Positions 37,951-44,970 of a stretch of 64,000 nucleotides of DNA are shown piece after piece. The position numbers were made by a program, and so were the translations under genes. The notes under the pieces were generated by a model, which did no database searches, was not told the DNA's origin, and saw only the letters and a list, made by a program, of their open reading frames with translations. Within the stretch, counting starts at the first letter, position 1; every line of letters starts with the position of its first letter. The stretch covers positions 1 through 64,000 of IMG/VR virus record IMGVR_UViG_3300037483_000425; one strand, given 5' to 3'. This DNA comes from a virus. Its lineage: Duplodnaviria; Caudoviricetes.

Positions 37951-38260
37951 TTTGTTCCTTACATTTTTTATATGTTACAACTACCTTTTCACATGGCTCA
38001 ACTTCATAAGCTTTTATCTCTTTATACAAATTTTCAGAAAACATATCCATCCCATGTTCAGAATCATATTCATAAACAAATTGATAAAATTTTCCATTAG
38101 GATGCTTTATTACAACCATTTGCTCCGAATACCCTCTTAACCCTCGTCCAATCTCTTTTGTATAAACAACAAAACTTGGTCCAGTATCTCCATCATTTAT
38201 TTCATGCCCCATTAAAAAAGCAAGCTCATTAGGATGGAATAACCTTGTTATGTAACTCAT
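37889..38260 (-). CDS. Hypothetical protein
   Basis: 123 aa; EVEPCEKVVVTY-type phage motif. Confidence 0.6.
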   Translation of the reverse strand: MSYITRLFHPNELAFLMGHEINDGDTGPSFVVYTKEIGRGLRGYSEQMVVIKHPNGKFYQFVYEYDSEHGMDMFSENLYKEIKAYEVEPCEKVVVTYKKCKEQNEKDSTKTTKKTNKTKRNDG

Positions 38261-38706
38261 TTCAATCCTGTGCTTCCCAACTTTCCATCTCCACGACTTG
38301 TCTCTTCGTCATAAATCTCATCAGACTCAACAAGCTCAACATCATAATTGACCTTCACAAAAACTCCCTGAGCTATCTTTGTCCCTGGATCAATTGTTTG
38401 AGTCTCTGTTCCAATATTATGAAGATTGATAAATACGTCATCATTATAACCATAATCAACCACACATGAACCAACAACAAGACTCTTCTTTGCAGCAATG
38501 CCTCCCTTGTTCTTGATCTCAAGCATATAACCATTCGGGACTTCTATCTTGAGTCCCGTTGGCAATAAAACAGATTCTCCTGGGGCTATCTCCTTCGATA
38601 GCCTGTCTTTTCTCGGGCAATAAAACAAATCCATGCCAGCATCTGTCGCGTGCGCCCTGACCGGCATCTTCGCACTCTCATGAAGTTTTTTAATTCGAAT
38701 TTTCAT
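38257..38706 (-). CDS. dut: dUTP diphosphatase (trimeric)
   Basis: AGMDL, VVDYGYND, IAQGV, RGDGKLGSTG. Confidence 0.93.
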   Translation of the reverse strand: MKIRIKKLHESAKMPVRAHATDAGMDLFYCPRKDRLSKEIAPGESVLLPTGLKIEVPNGYMLEIKNKGGIAAKKSLVVGSCVVDYGYNDDVFINLHNIGTETQTIDPGTKIAQGVFVKVNYDVELVESDEIYDEETSRGDGKLGSTGLK

Positions 38707-39938
38707 GCGATTTCCTCCATTGCTTCATCTTCGGCAAACATATCATCAATCGTTGGATCACGAACTTCGGCTTCCTTATTCTTCCTATCCATCTTTGTCG
38801 ACATCAAAGCATCATAACATTCTTTTGTTAGATCTTTATAATCTTCCATTAATGTATTCTCGGTCTTCACTCTAGCGAACTTAATCTCTTCAATCTCTTC
38901 ACCAGTTTTGAAGATTGTTATTTTTCTTTTCGATCCTCCGCCATCAAACTTACAAAGTCGACCATCACTCAATTCAATCTCTTTGACAGCGATAAAGCTT
39001 TCCCAAATTGGCATATGCTCTTTCAATCCAACTCCAAAATGAATATCAATCTCACATGTCCTAAAAGGTGCCGCAACCTTATTCTTGGCAGTTCTTGCTC
39101 TTACGCGGATACCGCAAGGCTGCGCTCCAGCAGCAACAGCTAATTTCTTTTCTTGTTCTTTTGGCCAAACCTGAGTAACAGGCTTTATCTCAAGAGCTAC
39201 ACTTTTCGCATATTTAACGAATGAACCACCTTTTGTTTGATGCTTATTCGTATCATATTTGTTGACATTGAATAAGTCATACCATTGATTTACAATAACA
39301 AAAGCGGCAGCGCTCTCATTAATCGCTGGCGTAATCTTCCTCATCCCAAAAGTAATTTGTTTTGCGTTCAGTCCAGGTCTTTGAATATCATCAAAATCCA
39401 TGTCTCGTTCAATACGTGACCCAATTCCTCCTAAGCTATCCCAGAAAATTCCAATAGGAACAGTTTTTCCATATGGTGCCATTTCCTTAAGGAATTCATC
39501 AGCCGCTTCAAAAACGCCTTCAATAGAATCGACCTTTGCATATATAAATCTTTCACTAATATCGACACCTAAACTTTTAAGATTATTAATTGATGTTGCA
39601 AGTTCTGTGTCAATGTATAGACATATTCCACCAGCTTGCTGAATCCCTCTTGCAATCTGATAACAAATATGAGATTTGCCAATCGATTCTGGTCCGTATA
39701 TCTCAACGAATCTGCCACCAGGAATGCCTCCTTGACCTTCATGCATCCCCGAGCAAATCCAATCTAAACCCCATGATTGTGTTGAGTACCATCTTTCAAT
39801 CTTGGCAGGATCTTCGTCTTTTGAAAGGTCATAGTAAACTTGAGATCCGAACTTCTTATTAAGACGAGTTAGCATTCCGGCAGCGAACTCTTTAATTTCA
39901 TCAGCATTAGGTTGTTTCTTATTTTTGCTTTTAGCCAT
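38703..39938 (-). CDS. recA: RecA/UvsX-family recombinase
   Basis: GGIPGGRFVEIYGPESIGKS, YIDTE, WDSLG, KNKVAAPFR; start MAKSK. Confidence 0.9.
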   Translation of the reverse strand: MAKSKNKKQPNADEIKEFAAGMLTRLNKKFGSQVYYDLSKDEDPAKIERWYSTQSWGLDWICSGMHEGQGGIPGGRFVEIYGPESIGKSHICYQIARGIQQAGGICLYIDTELATSINNLKSLGVDISERFIYAKVDSIEGVFEAADEFLKEMAPYGKTVPIGIFWDSLGGIGSRIERDMDFDDIQRPGLNAKQITFGMRKITPAINESAAAFVIVNQWYDLFNVNKYDTNKHQTKGGSFVKYAKSVALEIKPVTQVWPKEQEKKLAVAAGAQPCGIRVRARTAKNKVAAPFRTCEIDIHFGVGLKEHMPIWESFIAVKEIELSDGRLCKFDGGGSKRKITIFKTGEEIEEIKFARVKTENTLMEDYKDLTKECYDALMSTKMDRKNKEAEVRDPTIDDMFAEDEAMEEIA

Positions 39939-39949
39939 AAAATTTCTCC

Positions 39950-39981
39950 AAAAAAACAGGGTGACAAGAGAAATCACCCTG
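39950..39981 (-). terminator. Rho-independent terminator downstream of SSB
   Basis: CAGGGTGA/TCACCCTG stem followed by T7 on the minus strand. Confidence 0.75.
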
Positions 39982-40029
39982 CTTTTATAACCTTCAAGCC
40001 TAATGCTTGTCTCTTAGGTCCATTTTGTC

Positions 40030-40953
40030 TTATTCGTCAGCTTGATAAGCTTCTAGTGCAGCTTTTGCTTCTTCGGTACTCATAACGTCACCACTTTTCT
40101 TAGATTTGTGACCTTTTTTCTTAGGTGCCGGCTCTTTGGATGGTGCTTCCGCCGCTGCATGGTGTTCCGTACCAGAGTCATTTACTTCTTCATCTGTCGG
40201 AGTTGCACTATTGGCAAAATTCTCTAATAGCTTCTGAAGTCCTGCGTAATCATGACGCTGCCACTTAACCGCTTCCATCAATTCCGGAACCCCATTGAGC
40301 CATTTTTCAATTTGCTCAGGGTCTTCGCTCAATGGACGATTCTTGAATTCTGGATCAACCGCCCCAATCTTTTTATTCATTGGCTTTTTCTTACCGGCAA
40401 CATGCACAACACTTACCGTTAGCCAACGAGCATTGTCCGGATCATTCAGAACTCCATAATCGTCATACTTCATAAAAAGTTCCGTCAACCTCTTATGAAC
40501 AAAGCTTGAGCTAAACTTCCAAAGTCTTGGACCTAACTCTTCCTCTCCCTCAACAATAAGTGGAATATATGCAGTCTGCGAAGCAAACAACTTCTTTGCC
40601 AATTCCTTGTCTTGGTTTACTCCATTTTCGTCAACCTCTGTGCTGTCCCATAATTCATCAATGCTTGCTTGAACAGGATCAGGCTCTCCGAATTGCTTAA
40701 GGGTCAATGGAGCTTTAATAAAGCGTCCATTTTCATCCTTTTGTCCACCAAGAGCGTAGTAAAACCATAACTCCTTGAATGGATAATCTTCCTGATCAGG
40801 CCAAGGAAGCAAATATACTTTGTATTCTATGCTGGTCTCGCCATCTGGAAGCTGAGGTGTCCAAAAAATGCTCTTTCTCGATGTTCTTGGTCTCTCTCCG
40901 CTCAAGCGTGCGAGGTTATTCTTTAATTTGTCTAGATTTAGCTTTTTTACCAT
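40030..40953 (-). CDS. Single-stranded DNA-binding protein (T4 gp32-like)
   Basis: FWTP..., LP, YPFKELWFYY, DPVQ...LW, GPRLWKF, acidic C-terminal tail; adjacent to recA. Confidence 0.8.
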   Translation of the reverse strand: MVKKLNLDKLKNNLARLSGERPRTSRKSIFWTPQLPDGETSIEYKVYLLPWPDQEDYPFKELWFYYALGGQKDENGRFIKAPLTLKQFGEPDPVQASIDELWDSTEVDENGVNQDKELAKKLFASQTAYIPLIVEGEEELGPRLWKFSSSFVHKRLTELFMKYDDYGVLNDPDNARWLTVSVVHVAGKKKPMNKKIGAVDPEFKNRPLSEDPEQIEKWLNGVPELMEAVKWQRHDYAGLQKLLENFANSATPTDEEVNDSGTEHHAAAEAPSKEPAPKKKGHKSKKSGDVMSTEEAKAALEAYQADE

Positions 40954-40965
40954 TTTGTTATCAAC

Positions 40966-41011
40966 CTTTCGTTCTCTGTGGTTGTTGAATACCCGAGCTT
41001 TCGTTCTCTGT
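40966..41011 (-). repeat. 14-nt direct repeat ACAGAGAACGAAAG in the SSB leader
   Basis: Exact copies at 40966-40979 and 40998-41011. Confidence 0.85.
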
Positions 41012-41147
41012 CGCCCTTTTGGGTACTCTAATATTATACGATCAAATGGTAAGTTTATAAAAAATCTGCCTCCCTAATTTAATCAATGATTTCAATAACT
41101 TATAAGAATTTTTACTTAAAATTTTAAGTAATAATATCAAGCACTTA

Positions 41148-41543
41148 TCAATCAAATTCTGGAACTGTATAAGGATGGTGAGAAATCTTCTCATCCATTA
41201 TTTTCCCATCAACAATATTCTTCCAAGCGAATGTCATGCCGTTACGATCCTCGGGGACCTTTCTTCCATGAAGAACTGCCTTTTGATTATATTTGAAACC
41301 GAGATCGATCAAATGTCTCATTGATATATTCGGAACAAGATAACAGTTTTCTCCGAAATAACTTGCGGGAATAACATCATAACCTAAAGATTGGAGATCA
41401 GCTAATAAAGATTCGTTAGACTGATTATTGAATTCTGGGCCTGTTTCAACCTCTTGAGGGTTCTCTGCGGTAATAAGCCCTATTTGATTCAGCTTATGAG
41501 AGAAGAACTCTCTCAAAAGAGCTTTAATCAACTTCCGAGCCAT
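41148..41543 (-). CDS. DUF3293/SAM-lyase-like small protein (tentative)
   Basis: ITAENP...N..N..L...L...GY...ENCYLV...LG.KYNQKAVL pattern. Confidence 0.5.
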   Translation of the reverse strand: MARKLIKALLREFFSHKLNQIGLITAENPQEVETGPEFNNQSNESLLADLQSLGYDVIPASYFGENCYLVPNISMRHLIDLGFKYNQKAVLHGRKVPEDRNGMTFAWKNIVDGKIMDEKISHHPYTVPEFD

Positions 41544-42495
41544 CGCCCCACGCCCTCATTGATGGTTCGTAATGCTTCTTATTTTTTTTTCTTTTTTTTT
41601 CAGCAGAGTTTCCGCCCTTCATTCCCAAAGGCCCAGTGTATCCTCTAATCTGTCCAGAAGGCTGTCCTGCCATTCCCATGGCTCCGCCTCCAACTGCCGA
41701 AACCTCATTCGTTGGAGTTTCGCTATCATCCATAGGATCTTCAGGACCATCATCCTTGAATCCACCTTCTCCCTCAAGCTCTCCCAAAATTTCAGATTCA
41801 GTCATTTCAGAATGTGACGCTTTCTCAATAGCATCTTCTAAGTCACCCGAATATTCCATCGCACCATCTTCTAAATTATATGCAACGTATCCATCATAAT
41901 CGCCAAAAACACCTATAATCATTCCAGTTTGAGGATTCTTATATATGTCCCAATTTCCAGATAATTTTCCAAAATTCATATTTCTAGTATCAGTGAACAC
42001 AAACATACCAGCAGAGGTTTGAACAGGCGCATCTCGATACTCTAAAATCATTCTCCTTAAATAAGAACGCAATAATAGTGACTCTTCCATATTATTATAA
42101 ATATGTTCTGGATCCTTTATTCCAGGCCCTGACTGCTTTCTTATGGCATCATGTCCTGCCTTCATGTAGTCAGAATAATAACGAGGAAAAGTATAAGGAG
42201 GATCAAAAGTCGCTCCCTTATCTTCCGGATCATCAGGATCTCCCATCCAATATTCAGTATCTTCAGGCGTTGATGTTTGTTGCATCATTCTGCTTGCCAT
42301 CATTGTTGGTGCCTGATTGGGCATCCCTGTCTGCCCTGCTCTTGGCCAAGGTTTGGGCGGTCTACTTTGAAGATGTGTACTATGCGGCGCCATTGGCCCA
42401 ATAGCTCCACCTCCATGACGATTCCTGTTCTTATTCAATCCGAAAATAGATCTAAGAGTATAAGTTCCGTCAGTTGTTTCATCTTCTTCTTCCAC
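41524..42495 (-). CDS. Acidic low-complexity hypothetical protein with internal leader-like motif
   Basis: GTG start; internal EESLLLRSYLRRMILEYRD. Confidence 0.7.
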   Translation of the reverse strand: MEEEDETTDGTYTLRSIFGLNKNRNRHGGGAIGPMAPHSTHLQSRPPKPWPRAGQTGMPNQAPTMMASRMMQQTSTPEDTEYWMGDPDDPEDKGATFDPPYTFPRYYSDYMKAGHDAIRKQSGPGIKDPEHIYNNMEESLLLRSYLRRMILEYRDAPVQTSAGMFVFTDTRNMNFGKLSGNWDIYKNPQTGMIIGVFGDYDGYVAYNLEDGAMEYSGDLEDAIEKASHSEMTESEILGELEGEGGFKDDGPEDPMDDSETPTNEVSAVGGGAMGMAGQPSGQIRGYTGPLGMKGGNSAEKKRKKNKKHYEPSMRAWGDGSEVD

Positions 42496-42507
42496 ATAAA
42501 TACTTAT
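42496..42507. promoter_or_regulatory. Overlapping back-to-back TAyTTAT motifs (putative bidirectional late promoter)
   Basis: ATAAATACTTAT reads TATTTAT on - (next to GTG 42495) and TACTTAT on + (8 nt before ATG 42516). Confidence 0.6.
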
Positions 42508-42515
42508 TTAGCGAA

Positions 42516-42764
42516 ATGGATAACCTTCGCCAAATAATAAGAACACAACTTTTAGAATATCGAGATGGAAAAACTGAGCCAGATGTTCTCGTAGGAAACA
42601 ATCCAGAATCAACAGATCAACTAATCGACAACATTATTAAAACACTTTATGAACTCAAAGGTCAAGACATTGAACCGTATAAGGAAATGCTCCAAAATAT
42701 GTTCAAAACGATTCAACAAGTCGATACAAGCGACATATCAGATCTTGGCCTTGCCGATTCATAA
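42516..42764 (+). CDS. Small protein with leader motif
   Basis: MDNLRQIIRTQLLEYRD. Confidence 0.7.
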   Translation: MDNLRQIIRTQLLEYRDGKTEPDVLVGNNPESTDQLIDNIIKTLYELKGQDIEPYKEMLQNMFKTIQQVDTSDISDLGLADS

Positions 42765-43040
42765 ATATCGTGATCTTCCATTCTCAATAACTTGAGCAAT
42801 AACTTCTGGCGGGATTTGTGGAAATCTCATTTTTCCCTCCTGATCTCTGCACCAATTTTCAAGCTGAACCCATCCATCAAAGTTTTCAGGGAACAACCAA
42901 GTTGGCCAAGTCTGACTAACAAGATCTTCACGAATCTTTCGATCCGCTTCCATCTTCTTCTTCATCAACTCGTCAATATTGGAGACAAAAGCTTCGGTAT
43001 CAAATTTCGGAATTTCAAATGGCTTTTCGTCTTCTTTCAT
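42759..43040 (-). CDS. Hypothetical protein
   Basis: 93 aa. Confidence 0.65.
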   Translation of the reverse strand: MKEDEKPFEIPKFDTEAFVSNIDELMKKKMEADRKIREDLVSQTWPTWLFPENFDGWVQLENWCRDQEGKMRFPQIPPEVIAQVIENGRSRYL

Positions 43041-43224
43041 ATATCCCCTTTTTTATGCGATAATAGATTTTATATCCAAAATGGCCAATCATAAATCCCG
43101 TGAGCATAATGGTTACAATATACAACCAATATGGTTGAAAGACTGGCATACAATATCCTGACAATCCCGATAATGGCAGGATAATGGAACACACAATAAT
43201 CAGATCTAATTTAGTTATTCGCAT
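43015..43224 (-). CDS. Small membrane protein
   Basis: Two hydrophobic helices, basic C-terminus. Confidence 0.55.
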   Translation of the reverse strand: MRITKLDLIIVCSIILPLSGLSGYCMPVFQPYWLYIVTIMLTGFMIGHFGYKIYYRIKKGIYERRRKAI

Positions 43225-43772
43225 CTTGAAACCACAAATCTTAATGCTGCGTAAACTGCGAAAGCCAAAGGCGGTTCTCCGAACTTGTACTCTTCATTAT
43301 TCCCGCCACCAGCTGCTATTGCCAAATACTCATCATGAGTCAACGTAATCCCAAAATTCTGCAACAAAAACAAGCTTCGATCATGGGTTCTCATAAATGG
43401 GCATTCAGAGTTGTATTTGAAGAATTCTCCCTTATTATCTCGATGCCACTTGCTCTCTTGCTCAATCAGAAGATCGGTCTCTAAATCTCCAACCATCCCG
43501 ATATTGCGAAACAAATTTGCGATAACAATAGAAGAGTGATCCAACTCAAGACCAAATTTTTCATTTAAATCCATACAAACTTTAAGGCACTTAAGATTTT
43601 GATCGACAAGGCCGCCAGGATAAGACTTAATCGTTGCAGGACAAACAGCCAATCGATCCCCCAATTCTTCGAACATTGAAGCAACCGCCTGTCTTTGGCC
43701 AGAGCCATTCTCTGCCAAGCTAGCAAAGGTATTCCAATTTTTCTTAATCTTTTCTTCAGATAGCATAATCAA
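43215..43772 (-). CDS. Degenerate HD-domain protein
   Basis: CPA...YPGGLVDQNL and LFRNIG align to phage HD pattern GGLxxHS / LHDxG but lack the His/Asp ligands. Confidence 0.55.
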   Translation of the reverse strand: MIMLSEEKIKKNWNTFASLAENGSGQRQAVASMFEELGDRLAVCPATIKSYPGGLVDQNLKCLKVCMDLNEKFGLELDHSSIVIANLFRNIGMVGDLETDLLIEQESKWHRDNKGEFFKYNSECPFMRTHDRSLFLLQNFGITLTHDEYLAIAAGGGNNEEYKFGEPPLAFAVYAALRFVVSRCE

Positions 43773-44953
43773 AGCATATCAGAACCCAACAAAAGTTTTC
43801 CAGGTAATTTCATAATATTTCCACCATCCCTTTTGATTTTATTAATCAATTCATCACTAATAAGTTCTGGCGGGAAATCTAACATAGCATTATCATGAAT
43901 AATGAATATTGGAATAATCAATTCTGGAAGCATTTGAAAAATGTTCCAAAACCCAAGCATAGCCGCATCTACAGCTGTGCTCTGAATGTAATTGTTGTAA
44001 AGTTTGTGACCAGAAGCATCCTTCGGATAAATCGCACGTCCAAAGAAGTTCCTAATAAATCCGTTCTTCTTATATTCCTCAATAAGCCTTCTTCTGATTC
44101 TAAAAACATCAAAATATTCTTGAACCATTGGCTGCATCTCTTTACACTTTTCAAGATCCAACCCCGTCTCTTCTGACAGCTTTTTGATTCCAGAACCATA
44201 TAAAACAGAAAGCGTAACTAACTTCGCAATTTCTCTTGTGAACCTTCCCTCAAATAATGTTTCATTAATATCAGAATATATGTCGTCCTTGATCTCCTTT
44301 CCGGCCAACATTAATGCAATTCTTGGCTCCAAAGAAACAAAGTCAAATTGAATTATTTTACCACCATCATATCTCGACTTGATAATCGTTTTGAAATCAC
44401 GATTCAATCTCAAGATTTGAGGACCTCTTTTTACAATATGTCTTCCTGATATTGTCTTAATCTGTTCATAAACAATCCGATCCGCAAATCCATCCTCATT
44501 TGGCTCGAAACTGTCAATAACATCCTCATTTGCTCCATGAATATTATGTGTGGCCAAAAACTCCCACTTCTTATTATGAATCTTTGCCGGAGAGAGCTTC
44601 GCTAAAGCTTTATAAGCAGGAACAAAGACTTCTCTGTAATAGGAGAGATCTGTTTCATCTAAAGCCTTGTTAATCTTTCCAATCGTCTCTGACAAAAATA
44701 GATCGAACTCATGCTCAGGAAGAACCTGTTTCCATGGGACTTCTTTAAAAGTCAATGAACGCATCATTTTGACAAATGCTTTTGAAGGAAGAATCTCTTG
44801 ATGATTCCCACACAAATGCAAAGCGGACAACAAATCCCATTCTGAACTTATGTTTTTTCCAACAATCCAGGTATTTTCTGGGACGTTTTTTGTCCAGCCG
44901 TCAAAGTAATGCTGATCTGCGCCCAAGATGGATTTATCCAGGCAAAATCGCAC
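43769..44953 (-). CDS. Minimal family-A DNA polymerase (polymerase domain only)
   Basis: SGR...PQI, motif A FDFVSLEPR, motif B REIAKLVTLSVLYG, IQSTAVD, motif C IHDN; no exonuclease motifs recognised. Confidence 0.8.
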   Translation of the reverse strand: MRFCLDKSILGADQHYFDGWTKNVPENTWIVGKNISSEWDLLSALHLCGNHQEILPSKAFVKMMRSLTFKEVPWKQVLPEHEFDLFLSETIGKINKALDETDLSYYREVFVPAYKALAKLSPAKIHNKKWEFLATHNIHGANEDVIDSFEPNEDGFADRIVYEQIKTISGRHIVKRGPQILRLNRDFKTIIKSRYDGGKIIQFDFVSLEPRIALMLAGKEIKDDIYSDINETLFEGRFTREIAKLVTLSVLYGSGIKKLSEETGLDLEKCKEMQPMVQEYFDVFRIRRRLIEEYKKNGFIRNFFGRAIYPKDASGHKLYNNYIQSTAVDAAMLGFWNIFQMLPELIIPIFIIHDNAMLDFPPELISDELINKIKRDGGNIMKLPGKLLLGSDML

Positions 44954-44970
44954 AACCTATCTTACCAACA

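Noticed and set aside
22829-44953. Z-base (2-aminoadenine) genome pathway (HD hydrolase plus family-A polymerase)
   Set aside because: No PurZ or MazZ in the window and the genes are unlinked; a YfbR-like HD protein alone is insufficient.
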